A stretch of 63,950 nucleotides of DNA, filler included, from Guillardia theta CCMP2712 (lineage: Eukaryota; Protista; Cryptophyta), in the NCBI RefSeq assembly GCF_000315625.1. It is 3 parts of 3 records of this genome, joined end to end, with 100 filler letters (N's around TTAATTAATTAA, not from the genome) between each part and the next. Parts side by side here need not be neighbours in the genome. Positions count along the whole stretch, not along the records: positions 22,871 to 32,477 come from NW_005434272.1; positions 32,578 to 63,950 come from NW_005434388.1; 1 more part is not named here. One strand, written 5' to 3'. The notes beneath the pieces were generated by a model. It made no database searches. It was not told where the DNA came from and worked only from the letters and a program-made list of their open reading frames with translations. Within the stretch, counting starts at the first letter, position 1; the number at the start of each line of letters is the position of its first letter. The translations under genes and the position numbers were made by a program. Positions 23,115-35,560 of this stretch are shown here, piece after piece.

Positions 23115-25793
23115 ATGGAAATGGTTAAGGTGCTTCGAATCCTCCTGGCACTCTTCCTGGTGCTAGTATCCATGAGGACGATGCTAGTCGATATCCCCTC
23201 GACCTCTATCAGCAAGGATGCTTTGCCGACCTCCCAGAGGTTCTTCTTCCGAAGCAGGGCAGGACAGCTGCTGGACTCGATCCGGAGGCTGACTTCCGAT
23301 AGTGCTCCCAGTGACATCTCCAGGGAAGTTTTAGCCTTCGATTCCACGTACCCCTCGTACCCTCTCCCTTCAGACCCGCAGGAGTCTGCATGCTTGCTGG
23401 CGCCTGATGCCTCTGCGCTCATGAGGGAGTGCGGGAGGTTCTCCTCGCTCAGAGGATGCGTCATGGACATCGCAGCGGCGATGCGAACGAGGCTGGGGAA
23501 CGTGACTGTCATCGTGGTAACTTTCACCAGTTTCTCAGCAGGGGATTCCAAGCTCTTGTCTCAGCATGGCATCTTGGTCCCAAGCAACTCCTCCCAGCAC
23601 ACCATCTCCTCCTCTCCTGCCGTGCTGCTGCACGTCTGCAGCAGAGCAGGCAAGGTCGTACACTGCCTTGGGAGAGGAGCAGAAGGCCGCGAGGATGTCG
23701 GGGGAGCTGAAAGTTACGAGAGGTTTGCAAAGGAGAGGAGAGCTGTGGCTGTTGGCAGCCTTGCTCTGCAAGACAAGTGCACAGAGGAGACGAGGAGGTG
23801 GGCTGAGACCAACGACACCTACGTCGACAGTCTGGCGAATATCCTCCACGTCACAGGCGAGAAGATGTGCGCGCTGGTCCGATGCAGACCGGACGGTCCG
23901 ACCTCTCTCTTGCCGGTGAAGAGGAAGGGGAGGAGGAGGAGAAAGGTCGTCGTTATCAACCTGCCCAGGAGAGCAGACAAGCGCGCGCTGATGCGATACA
24001 AGTTGGAGAAGTACGGCATCAAAGCTTACGAGTTCTTCGACGCTGTGGAGTGCCGCCAGCATGCCGCTTGTCAAACTTTCTATCACTCTCTTCTCAAGGT
24101 GCTCAAGCCGAGAATCCCTGGACCAAACTTCCCGTCCTGGGGAGCCGTCGGCTTGCTCTGGACACAGTCGAGCCTCTTCGAGAAGCTCGTGACGGAAGAT
24201 TTTGACGAGCTGCTGCTCTTTGAAGATGACATCTACATGCTCGATCATGCTCACAAGCTCCTTGAGCTCTCATCACAGCACAACTTCTACGAAGACGCTC
24301 CGATGGTCTTCCTTGGCGCCAACCAGCTGCACTGGTCGAAGAGGCAGCTCGAAGAGATCAGGAAAAGAAGAAGACCCTCCTCCTCCTCCTCCTCTTGCTA
24401 CTTCACTTCGACCATGGAGTGGGACTCCAGCCTTCGGCGGTTTGTGCCCTACGAGAACGTCACCGAGTACGATCACACCTACTACACCTACGGCACCTAC
24501 GCCATGCTCGTCCGAAGGCCCATGCTCGAGTTCCTCCTCCGTTGGACCCGATGGACTCTCGCGCATCCGAGCAACATCATCCCCTCCGACGCCCTGCTCA
24601 ACTGGCTCTTCGTCTGCCAGGGGCTGCGCATCCCCGTCGTCTTCCCCAACCTCGTCCTCCCCGAGGTGCGGGACTCGGACAACATGGGCCCCCTCGACCT
24701 CCTCAAGTTCGCTGCTCCTCGTCGCCTCAACTACAGCGCAGTGAAGGACCTGCACGTGTTCGAGAACTTCGCGCGAGTGGCTGGAAGGATGATGCGGGCG
24801 AGGTACACAGCGATCTGGGATGAAAGGGAAGTTCACCATTCAGTCTTGGTGAAGGACAAGGAGCAGGCAGAGCTTGTTCTTAACTTCACCTCCTACTTCG
24901 TCATCATCATCACTGGGTACAACTTCCAAGACGAAATTGAGAAGGCTCTTTCGTCCGTCTGCAGCCAAAACTTCCCCTTCCTTCGGCTCATCTACTTCGA
25001 CGATGGATCGACAGACAGGACGCTGAACGTCACCCGGACGTACCTTAGGAAGCATCCGGCGTGTGGATTCAAGGCCACTATTCTGATCTCTCCGCAGCGT
25101 CGAGGACAGTCGTTCGCACGTCAGGCTGCTGTTCGCCACGTGCTCGACCATGAGGTCGTCGTGTTCGTGGATGGCGACGACTGGCTCATGGACAACAGCA
25201 GCATCCTCTACCTCAACGAGGTCTTCCACACCCCTGAGCTCTGGCCACGATCGGCCAGGACCAACCAACTCCTTCCTCCCCTCATGACTTATGGCAACGT
25301 CGTGCAGTTCCGCTACGGCAAGCTGATGAGCAGGACGATGACGACTGAGGTCTTCCCGGAGAAGGTCAAGCTCGCTTCCTCCTATCGCTCCCACAAGTGG
25401 ATCTCCCATCACCCTCGCGTCGCCCTTGGATGGCTCGCGAAGTCGGTCCCCGACACTGCCGTGATGGACTGGAGTTGCCGATGGCTGACGCGCTGCTCGG
25501 ACATGGCTCAGTCCTTCTTCATGCTCGAGCACGCGGACGGGCGCATGGTGAGGGCGAACCGGACGCTGTACGTGTACAACTTTGACAACTCGAGGAAGAG
25601 TCCGGACTCCTACTTCCTCACCTGGAAGAACAAGACGTTCAAGAAAGAGTACGAGCAGGTCGAGGCTTGGGTACGGGGCAAGTACAAGCCAGCAAGCGGC
25701 AAGTCCATTCTCGATCACGTGGCGCGACCCGATGCTTGCGACCTGAGCGAGGCGAGAAGCCATCACTCGATGGTGCGGAGAGTGCCCGTGTGA
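23115..25793 (+). CDS. Intronless type II membrane glycosyltransferase: GT25-like domain fused to a GT2 domain
   Basis: N-terminal TM; GT25 motifs VINLPRRADKR, FFDAV, GAVG, LLFEDD; GT2 motifs IIITGYN, YFDDGSTDRT, VFVDGDDWL, LYVYN. Confidence 0.85.
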   Translation: MEMVKVLRILLALFLVLVSMRTMLVDIPSTSISKDALPTSQRFFFRSRAGQLLDSIRRLTSDSAPSDISREVLAFDSTYPSYPLPSDPQESACLLAPDASALMRECGRFSSLRGCVMDIAAAMRTRLGNVTVIVVTFTSFSAGDSKLLSQHGILVPSNSSQHTISSSPAVLLHVCSRAGKVVHCLGRGAEGREDVGGAESYERFAKERRAVAVGSLALQDKCTEETRRWAETNDTYVDSLANILHVTGEKMCALVRCRPDGPTSLLPVKRKGRRRRKVVVINLPRRADKRALMRYKLEKYGIKAYEFFDAVECRQHAACQTFYHSLLKVLKPRIPGPNFPSWGAVGLLWTQSSLFEKLVTEDFDELLLFEDDIYMLDHAHKLLELSSQHNFYEDAPMVFLGANQLHWSKRQLEEIRKRRRPSSSSSSCYFTSTMEWDSSLRRFVPYENVTEYDHTYYTYGTYAMLVRRPMLEFLLRWTRWTLAHPSNIIPSDALLNWLFVCQGLRIPVVFPNLVLPEVRDSDNMGPLDLLKFAAPRRLNYSAVKDLHVFENFARVAGRMMRARYTAIWDEREVHHSVLVKDKEQAELVLNFTSYFVIIITGYNFQDEIEKALSSVCSQNFPFLRLIYFDDGSTDRTLNVTRTYLRKHPACGFKATILISPQRRGQSFARQAAVRHVLDHEVVVFVDGDDWLMDNSSILYLNEVFHTPELWPRSARTNQLLPPLMTYGNVVQFRYGKLMSRTMTTEVFPEKVKLASSYRSHKWISHHPRVALGWLAKSVPDTAVMDWSCRWLTRCSDMAQSFFMLEHADGRMVRANRTLYVYNFDNSRKSPDSYFLTWKNKTFKKEYEQVEAWVRGKYKPASGKSILDHVARPDACDLSEARSHHSMVRRVPV

Positions 25794-26092
25794 GGAAGAG
25801 CGAGGAGAGGGCGAGGGCGAGGGTGAGGGAGGGAGAGCAGTTTTCTCGTTCGAAGAGTTGGGGAGTCATTGGATAACTCGAAAGGTAATTCATATGAGTT
25901 TGTTTTGATACATAACAGCACAATAATGCTTCAAGGTTTTGCTCGATATCGCTTTCGCCACCTCTTGCAGCTCCTCTTCGTTGGTCCATATCGACCGCAG
26001 GGCTTGCTCTGCTGTTCTAGTCTACATCTGCCTCTTCCCTTCCAGCTCCTGTCCTATATCCCTTCCCTCCCCTCTCTCTCCTCCCTTCGCCT

Positions 26093-26546
26093 TCACCCCA
26101 TGGCCACCTCGCTCTCTCCCGCCGTCATGTACCAGGCGATCCAGCCCGCGTCCAGCGCCTCCGCCTCATCCTCCTCCCACCTCACCACCCCTCCCGCCCG
26201 GGTCTGCTGCTGCAGGGGAGCTGGGGCGGCCTGGTCGAGGCGAGCGCTCCTCTCATACGGCCAGCGGGCGACGCCGAGCCGCCGGCATGCGCTCTTGAAG
26301 GCCGTCAGCGACAGGCCCTGCAGGAGACACAAGCAAGGAGACACGTCAGGAGGCAGCAGGCAGGGACAGGAGGCAGCAGGGACGTACCAGGGAGGCAGCG
26401 GCGCTTGTCTGGGGGAGGTGGAACAAGGCTGAGACGGTGGAGAGCTTGAGGTGGACGCCAGGGCTTGATCTGGAGCGGAGGGGAGGGGGAGGGAGCAGAG
26501 CTTTCCTCCTGGGGAAGACGCGGACGACAGCGGGGGGAGGATTCAT
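26093..26546 (-). CDS. Small RWP-RK domain transcription factor (2+ exons)
   Basis: MNPPPAVVRVFPRRK...LSTVSALFHLPQTSAAASL|GLSLTAFKSACRRLGVARWPY. Confidence 0.85.
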
Positions 26547-27373
26547 GGAGGAGGAGAGGGAGATAGGAGGGCAGACAATAAGTGTGGGGAAAGGACTCAG
26601 AGGTATCAGGGGGGTTTGAGTAGAGAGGAGGAGGGAGAGGAGGGAGAGGAGGAACGAGGAGGGAGAGGAGGCAGAGGAGGAACGAGGAGGCAGAGGAGGC
26701 AGAGGAGGGTCAGCGTGACAGGAGGGAGAGGGTGAGGAGGGCGAGGGAGAGGAAGTGGTTGGGTGGATAGACAGCGTCTGAGCCAAGGCGTTGGTTGATC
26801 GCACTTGTGGGAATATATTGTACCATCAGAGGTGGGCAGGTTGTTGGGGCTCCGGGTGATTGAAAGGTTCTGTTTTGGCAAGTTTCAAGAATTACAAGTA
26901 TTGTAACGGATATATGCTGACACTAAGAATGGCCCCGGCATCTCCCGGATGCTCCGAGGAGTCACACAAAATCAGCTTCCGTCCAGCGGAATGATGACGG
27001 CACCCGACGGAAGGACCCACTACCCCCTCAACTTACCATGAAAGTCCATTGAAATGAGGGGAGGGTCTGGGGGGTTGTGTGCGTGGTCAGTCACGATACA
27101 TATCACGGTCCACTAAGGTCAGCGAGCGTGACAGCGATGTTGCGACTGCGAGGGCGAAACAAAATCCAACAGGAAGGCGAATGACATAGGCGAGCTGGAG
27201 GCAGCAAGGGAGGCTGGAGGATCAGCGAAATGAAGGCATCAGGAGCAAACGACTGGCAGGAGCACACGATACAAATGCATGCGCTCGTTTCATCTCTCCT
27301 CGTATCGGATTTATGGTACAATACAGCATGACTTCACTAGCTCTTGCTGGTCCACAAGATACCGATGACTCGT

Positions 27374-27712
27374 TTCTAGTCTACATCTGCCTCTTCCCTT
27401 CCAGCTCCTGTCCTATATCCCTTCCCTCCCCTCTCTCCTCCCTTCGCCTTCACCCCATGGCCACCTCGCTCTCTCCCGCCGTCATGTACCAGGCGATCCA
27501 GCCCGCGTCCAGCGCCTCCGCCTCATCCTCCTCCCACCTCACCACCCCTCCCGCCCGGGTCTGCTGCTGCAGGGGAGCTGGGGCGGCCTGGTCGAGGCGA
27601 GCGCTCCTCTCATATGGCGCCAGGGCTTGATCTGGAGGGGAGGGGAGGGGAGGGGGAGGGAGCAGAGCTTTCCTCCTGGGGAAGACGCGGACGACAGCGG
27701 GGGAGGATTCAT
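27374..27712 (-). pseudogene. Duplicate of the RWP-RK gene with the RWP-RK core deleted and a 1-bp frameshift after the ATG
   Basis: Near-identical to 26015-26258 joined to 26456-26547; G5 instead of G6 near the start codon. Confidence 0.75.
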
Positions 27713-27921
27713 GGCAGTGCAAGGAGGGGAGGGGAGGGGAGGGGAGGGGAGAAGAGCAGGGGATTGCTTCTCCTCTACTCTGGTCTCGACGAAGACTCAC
27801 CCTCAAGCTCATGGCAGTTGGCGGGGAAATGGCAAGGGATGTGAGTTTTATCAGATGACGGTAGCAAGACTTGATGGTGGACTTTGACTTCACCGCTTAC
27901 CACGTCTGAATCTGCCGTCAT

Positions 27922-28021
27922 CATGACAACCATGCTTCAACATGACAACCATGCTTCATCATGACAACCATGCTTCATCATGACAACCATGCTTCATCAT
28001 GACAACCATGCTTCAACATGA
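27922..28021. repeat. 19-bp tandem repeat CATGACAACCATGCTTCAW, ~5 copies
   Basis: Seen directly. Confidence 0.9.
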
Positions 28022-28049
28022 TAAGAATGGCTACATGTAGTTTACAGAG

Positions 28050-31000
28050 ATCTCAGCTCTTTGCTTAACTCCTCACTTCCCTCCTCTGGCTTCGTTGACC
28101 AGATGAGCTCTCCTGGACAGAAGTTTCGCTCCAGCACTCGGAAGAGTTGTCTGCGTGCGCAGATTGCGAGAGAGGAAGGGAACATCGACGCTCTGCGGGG
28201 CAAGATAAGAAGAGAGGAGGCAGGGGAAGGAGAAGTCAGGCAGGGGAAGGAGAAGTCTGTACAGAGTCAGGCATCCAAGGGCGAACAAGGCGGGTGCGGG
28301 ATACAGAGGTCTGGAGGGGTTGGCTAGAAGGGATGGAGCACTGAGGGAGGCGGGAGGCGAGGGGTACCTGTTCCTCAGGGGATGACTGATGGAAGGGAAG
28401 GAAGAGGAGGACATCCTGGAGGAGATGCGGGAGACGGAGGAGAGAGCAACGGAGATTGAACGGTCTCGCGTTCTCTCCGTGTGCTCAAGGCTGTCTTGCG
28501 GTCATCCGAGCAGAGAGAGGAGGTGAGAGCAGAACCTTTGATCTTGAGGCGAGTGGGTGCGATGTTCATGCTCGAAGATGGGGGACGACCGCTGAAAGAT
28601 GATCAGAGGGCGGCGGGAGGAGGAGATGGAGGAGAGACATGAAAGTCCAACGCTGACGCAGATCTCTTGGCGGCGCTGTCGTCAGTGTCGATCCTGACTC
28701 CCAAGGCTCTGGTGGCAACGAGGATGAGGAGAATGAAAGAGGAGGAGATGCAGGAGGAGGAAGAAGAGAGGAGCAAGTTTACGAGAGGAAGACAGAAAGA
28801 GGAGAGATCAGAAGAGGAAGAGGGGGAAAGTAAGAAGGTGGCAGGATACACTGCAAGAGATGAGATGAAGGAGAAGAGGAGGGGGGAGGAGAGCGCAGAG
28901 ATGACGATGGAAGGCAGAAGCAGAGGATAGGGAGGGAAGAAAAGGAAATGAGAACCTGAGGCGAAGAGGATTCCCAGACCCGTAAATTGCGATGGGACTG
29001 TGACAGGTGGTCAAGAAGTATCGTGAGAAGAAATAACAAGAAGAAATAACAAGAAGAGATTAGATGAATGAGAAGAAAAAGAGGAGAAGGAAGAGGAGGG
29101 AAAGGAGGAGAAGCAAGACAAGGAGAAGGAGAAGGAAAAGGAGAAGGAGAAGGAGAAGGAGAAGGAGAAGGAGAAGGAGAAGGAGAAGGAGAAGGAGAAG
29201 GAGAAGGAGAAGGAGAAGGAGAAGGAGAAGGAGAAGGAGAAGGAGAAGGAGAAGGAGAAGATGATGAATCAGAAAAGGGAATCACGTGATGAGGAGGGGA
29301 AGAAGAGAGGAGACAAGAGAGGGACTGGTGGAACGAAGGAGTAGCAGGAACCTTGTGCTTCTTGAAAGACGAACTAGAGCATTCATCTTCATTTGATCGC
29401 GAGATGACTCAAAGGAAGTCCACAGAGAAGTCATTCTGCTCTCCTCCTCCATCGACTGCTTTTCCTTGATCCTACTCTGAGACTCAAAAGCTTTGAAGGA
29501 GGAGGAAGACAAGATATGTCGGAGAGTGGAGGAGGAGAAGAGGAGAGGAGAGAAGAGGAGAGAGAGAGGAGAGGAGAGAAGAGGAGAGGAGAGGAGAGAA
29601 GAGGAGAGGAGAGGAGAGGAGAGGAGAGGAGAGGAGAGGAGAGGAGAGGAGAGGAGAGGAGAGGAGAGAAGAGGAGAGGAGAGGAGAGGAGAGGAGAGGA
29701 GAGGAGAGGAGAGGAGAGGAGAGGAGAGGAGAGGAGGAGAGGAGGAGAGGAGGAGGAGGGATTGGTAAGAATTTTACTCGTCCTCATCGTCACTTGTCTT
29801 GACCTCTTTCTTAGACGCTGGTGTTTTCTTTGCATTGTCTTTGAAGCTTGCATTCACTGCGAGCTTTAGCTCCTCTGATCTCATCGCCTGCATCATTTCA
29901 TTGCGTCATTCATTCGGCCCTTGTCTCTTGTTTCTCACTCTCGCGCTCTCGTTGATCTTGATCGTGTCCAACACGAAGATTTCTTCCGATTTGATCATCA
30001 TCCTTGCTTCAAGGTCGTTCAGTGCATGATCGACCTGCCGATTCATCCGTTAGAATCATCTCCTGCCCCCCACGCTCTCCTGCCCCCTCGCTCTCCTGCC
30101 CCCTTCGTCTCCTCCTCCTCCTCCTCCTCCTCCTCCTCCTCCTCCTCCTCTCCAAACTCTCAGCACCGATTTCATGTCTTTCAGATGCTGCACGTGTTTT
30201 CTGCCTTTGCATCCCCGGAAGAATGATTGGATCTTCACGCTTGATGCAACTTTCCTCTGATATCGTTTCTTCATCCACCTGCAACCACCGATCAATGCGC
30301 AAATCTTTGATCATGATGAGAACCCATTTCATTTCTCTCCTCCCTCCTCCCTCCTCCCTCCTCCCTGCTCTCCTTCCTTTTCCCTCCTTTCCTGCTCCCT
30401 GCTCCCTGCTCCCTGCTCCCTGCTCCCTGCTCCCTGCTCCCTGCTCCCTGCTCCCTCTATACTGCATTCTTTGCTCGTCTTTCTCACCGCTGGATTGTTT
30501 TGATCGCCTGCTCTTGTGCAGTCTCGGCGAGCAAGAAGCCTGCGCTCGTTTCTTGTACCATCTTACAGCGACATGAGAAGCGTCTCATTTCCAGGGAAGC
30601 GAGAAGACAGCAGAAGGTGAAGAGAAGCGAAGACAATATGAGGATGAGGATGAACTTGAAGATGAAGATGAAGATGAAGATGAAGATGAAGATGAAGATG
30701 AAGATAATGACGACGACGACGATGATGATGATGGAAAGAGGATGCAGGGGAGAAGAAGAAACGATTGAGATATGAGAAAGATACAAGAAAATTAATGGAA
30801 GAAGATCAGACGAGGATAGGATGAGAAGAAGGAGAGGATATAGGGATATCTTGTGTGAAATGTAGTGTATGTTGAAAAGATCATAACCTTGGCATACAGC
30901 AGATCTTCAGCAAATCTCGTCCATTTGCTCGACGAGTTGGAAACGTGTAGCATTTCCGCCTGAACTAGATCAGTACAAGTTGCAGAGAAGGAATATCAAT

Positions 31001-32300
31001 TACAAACTCTTCTATCATCTTGAGCATTGCAAACCTTGTTGCAGCCTTTTGCTGCGGATGATTTTAATGACGATGTCAACAGTTCCAAACCGTCATCACC
31101 ATCACCATCACCATCACCATCACCATCACCAACACATCACCATCACCATTAACTCATCATGATCATCATGATCACCAACACATCACCATCAACATCACCT
31201 CATCATGATCATGATTATCAGATTCATCATCATCATCACCACCATAACATTCATGACTCTCTCATTCTCACTTGTTGTATCTCGTAATGATCACTGGCGT
31301 CGAGAAAACTCTCAGCAACATTTCCATCCGCGACTGAGAGGTTTGAAAATATGCTGAGAGACACAAGTCAGACATCAAGTGCTGTTTCAACCTCAGCAAG
31401 TCACAAGAAAGATCTCTCGAAACGAACACTGCGATTCCTGCATCTCTCCCGCACGAACTTTTCATACTGCTCCGCACGTTGTAACGTTCTCTTCGTCCAC
31501 ACACAAACCTGCCGGAAGAAGATCAGGAGCATCAAATATTTTCTACTCCTCCTCCCTCCTCCCTCCCTCCCTCCCTCCTCCCTCCCTCCCTTCGTCTCCC
31601 CTTCCTCCTTCTCTCCTCGCTCTCTCCCTCCCCCCCTTCGTCACCCTTCCTCCTCTCCTCCCTCCCCTCTCTCGCTCTCGCACATACTACCTGCTTCAAC
31701 AGAACTTTGGAGGAACAAAGGACCGGTTCTACATGCTCCTTTACGTTGTCCTTCAGGTAAAGTACAGCTTGCAGCTCCCAGTAGATTCGCAACCAGTCGG
31801 GAGGAACAGGAGGAGGTGGAGAGTTGAGAACATCGAGAGATTGAATACATGCGATGTCATTGACAGCTTCGAGGAACAGTTGTACAATCTCGCGTCTGCT
31901 CTTCTTGTCAGCGTTCGCAAGTTTGAATCCTGTATCACCTCAACATGTCCTCGGGTGACAAGGTTAACATGTCTGGCCTGAGATACTCCGGAAGAGAGGA
32001 GAAGAAAATCTCAATCATGTCGTTACTATTGCTGTAAGAAGAGCAGGTTAGCAGAGATGATGGGGAGAGCGAGGAGGAAGAGAAAGAAAGCATGAGAGAC
32101 TGTAAGACGGGTTGAGCAAGGAGCAAGACGAAGATTGAGAGAGGATAAGGGAGCGACAGAGAGCGAATGGAACAGAGCGCCGGGATAGAGGAGGCGAGAA
32201 AAAGGAGAGAGAGAGGAAGGAAAGGAGGTCTGACTTGTTGTCGTCTTGCGGAGGAGGAGCAGGAGACAACCATCCTTGATGTAGGCTGTGAAATGACTGC
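28050..32300 (-). CDS. Multi-exon protein with IQ (calmodulin-binding) motifs and a possible calponin-homology domain; introns rich in microsatellites
   Basis: Exons VKIQSFFRGCKGRK and AIKTIQR are IQ-like; HFTAYIKDGCLLLLL..LSPEDML..ADKKS is weakly CH-like; S/P-rich C-terminal part. Confidence 0.45.
29121..29760. repeat. (GAAGGA)n at 29121-29260 and (GAGGA)n at ~29540-29760, polypurine microsatellites
   Basis: Seen directly. Confidence 0.95.
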
Positions 32301-32661
32301 AAGAAAATAATCTTCATCTTCATCTTCATCTTCTCTATCTCTACGATCTCCATCATCATCATCATCTCTATCATCATCATCACCACCACACCACACCACC
32401 ACCAGCATCATCATCATCATCATCATCTCTATCATCATCATCATCATCATCATCTCTATCATCATCATCATCATCATNNNNNNNNNNNNNNNNNNNNNNN
32501 NNNNNNNNNNNNNNNNNNNNNTTAATTAATTAANNNNNNNNNNNNNNNNNNNNNNNNNNNNNNNNNNNNNNNNNNNNGGGGAGAGGGACAGGAGCGAGGA
32601 GGAGCGAGGAGGAGACGGAGGGAGGAGTAGAGAGGAGGAGGGGAGGAGGAAGGAGTAGAGA

Positions 32662-32852
32662 CCATGAGAAGGAGGAGACGTAGGTGACGTCGAGAGAGGA
32701 GAGCTCGATCCCTCTTTGCGTCATCGCCTTGATGCTTCTGTCATCCTCCGCCCAGCATCTCTAACACACTCACCTTGAACTTGAGGGACAGAGGAAGAGG
32801 AATCTTGACCATGACAAATCTAACGCCCAGTAAGTCGGTAATATTCCCTCAA

Positions 32853-32891
<39 letters not shown>

Positions 32892-34140
32892 ACTGCTCCT
32901 GCTCCTGTTTTTTCTCCCTGATCCTTCTCTCGCCGTTCCATTTCCTCCTCCTATCTCTCCTTGCTCTCTTGTTCCACTGTTTTCTTTCCACCCATCCCCC
33001 TGATCTCTGCCTTCCTTTCCTCGACTTCTTCTTTCCACCTCCTTCTCTTGATACTTTCTTCACTTCCTTCTTGTTACCCTTCACATTCTCCCCTCCTCCT
33101 CCTCCTCCTCCTCCTCCTCCTCCTCCTCCTGACCCGGAAAAGAAGTAGCTGATCAGCCCCATCATGACCATCTTCGACGACAGTCAGTCGAAGAGGGGGC
33201 GAGGGAGAAAGGGGAGGACGAGGGGAAGAGGGAGAGAGAGGAAGAGGAAGAGAAAGGTAGAGGAGGAGGGAGGAGACCTGGGGCAGCATGACAGTGAACA
33301 TTGACTTCTGCTGCTGCATCATCATTGAAGGGTCTGACATCATGGCGAGAGGATCTTTCTCTGATTTGGTGACGTTGGGGTCACTGAAGACGCCTCGATC
33401 CTGACAGTCATCACATCACTTACATGTGCAGAACAAGTTTGAATGACAAGAAAATGGTTGCAGAATGAATCGAGTAACATGCAGACAAGACACGAGAAGC
33501 AAGATAGAAAGAGAACAAGAGAACAAAAAAAGACGGCAAGAGAGCAAGCGAGATTTTGTTCCTCACCTTGTCAGTGTAGAACGCTTTTCGACGCATGAAG
33601 GAAGACTCTGTGAGCCAGTAGCAGTGTGACCTGACGAGCTGTGACCGAGTCAACGCTTGAGTCTCCTTGAACGCCTTGATCTCCTGCCAACCAACATCTC
33701 ACGTAAAGGAGACACGCGGGAACGGGAACATGCGATGAGACAAGTCAGAGCGTTATACGAGATGGACATGGCATCAACGCATCCGGTGGGTTCAAGAAGC
33801 TACCGGGGTAGAAGTTGCGTTCATCATCTTTCCCGCGAGCTCTCTCAGCATAGTGAAGAAGATCATGATGATAAAGATCGGGATCAGCACCTGATCATGA
33901 CCAGTCAGCCAGGCAGCCGAAAGTCTCACATGCTCACCCAGTCTCGAATGCGAGTGTCCAGGATAATGTCTCCGTTTCCGTGATGTTGCCAGTCAAAGCC
34001 TGCCTCCTCTACCTTCTGCAGCCACGTCAGAATTCCCTAGCTTGCGAACAATGTGGTACACACCTTGGCCAAGCTCGACGCCACCAGGGAGAGAGAAGTC
34101 AACGCGCAGAGACTCGACCTGGCGTGCAGCATCTGAAGGG
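32662..34140 (-). CDS. EMC3: ER membrane protein complex subunit 3 (TMEM111); 3' end lost in the gap, 5' limit uncertain
   Basis: Exons DIILDTRIRDW|VLIPIFIIM..., RSQLVRSHCYWLTESSFMRRKAFY, MMSDPSMMMQQQK..MLPQ|MVMMGLISYFFSG|FVMVKIPLPLSLKFK|AMTQRGIELSSLDVTYVSSFSW. Confidence 0.9.
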
Positions 34141-34584
34141 AGCGGTGAGGACATGTATCATAGCCTTTATCTTCCCCCTTATACGTCATTTCACTGTGTA
34201 TGTTTTCATTGACACCATGCTATGTTCCAATCAGATTGTTTATGTTTTGAAATCTTTCTACCAATCATCCATCCTTCTTCCATAACCCCTCTCGTGTCGT
34301 CTCGTCTCCGTCTCGTCTCGTCTCGTCTCTCCCCTCCCCTCCTCTCCTCAACCCCGTGCATCCCTCTGTCGCTATCTGGCTGGCTGGCTGGCTGGCTGGC
34401 TGGATGGATGCCTGTCCGTCCCTCCGCCCCCTCCGTCCCTCTCTGCTCACGCCATCCTCTTCTTCTCCTTCTCATTCTCATTCTCCTTCTCCTTCTTCCT
34501 CTCCCTCCTCTCGCCTCCTGCAACACGCAAGCTCAGTACCCCAAGCATGCGACAATATGATAACACCGACGGTTTCTTTCAGTT

Positions 34585-35560
34585 ACAGTGACGGCCGCGG
34601 CCCAGCCGGGCCGCAGACGGTCCGAGTCCGCCGACTCGGACTGAGGCCCGCCGGGCCGGGCCGGACGGACCGATCCGGGAGTGGCCGGCGGCGGGCCGGG
34701 CCGGGCTGCGGCCAGGCTGTCAGTCTGTGACAGCGGCGCCGACCGCGGCCAAGAGTCACTTCGGGCTGGGATGATGGCTCAATCACCGGCGCGGCCCTCG
34801 GAGTCAGACTCACCGGGCCTCGAGGCAGGCTGTGGCCTGGCCGGGCGCTGCCACGGCGGCGATCCCCTTAGCCTGTCGGAGTGACCGTCGGACGGCTGAG
34901 TGACGCCGCCTCAGGGCCTAGTATCCGAGCCGTACCGTCGGCCGTCAACCGTGAACAGGCCGCTGTCACTCAGTGTGTACGGTCAGTGACTCGGCGGGCG
35001 CCGGCCGCCGGGCCGCCGGGCCGCGGCGGGGCCGCCGGGGCCCGGCGGGTACCACAGTCCGAGCCGGGTCGGAGCCACTGAGCTCGGAGTGTCAAGCCGC
35101 CCTCTGACTCAGGCAGTGAGAGTCAAGGCGCCGCGGCGCTGACAGGCCGAGTCCGTCCTCAGACGGCCCGGTGAGTCGACTCTCCTGATTGTCGCAGTGT
35201 CCTCAGCCTCGTACTGATCCGATCAGATCTTTATCAACTCAACTTTGGCAGTAACCTTGAGGCCATTCATGATTCGGAACTCGGAACCGTTTGCCGGGTC
35301 ATGATCGGACCGGCGCCGTTTTGGGCCCGTGACTGCCGCAGTATACTCTCAGTGTGCCAAGTTTCGCGGCCTCACTCAGCGGCCCCGCAGGGGGCCGGGC
35401 CGGGCACTGAGGCAGGCTCGAAGTGCGGCCCGGCCGGGCGGCCCGCCGCCGGGGCGGCCGCCGGACTGGCACTGCAGTGCCCGGCCGGTCACGGCCGGCG
35501 GCCGGGTCACATGCCGCGTGCCTGGACGCCGTCAGGCTGACTGTCATCATGTCGTGATGA
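34585..35560. other. GC-rich patchwork island (CCGG/GGCC, TGAGTC, CAGTG motifs), intergenic
   Basis: Composition seen directly; similar islands at 6760-6920, 12050-12100, 15480-15560, 40830-41170 and 52975-53050. Confidence 0.6.

Noticed and set aside
23535-25766. Long antisense ORFs within the glycosyltransferase gene
   Set aside because: Shadow ORFs of GC3-rich coding sequence
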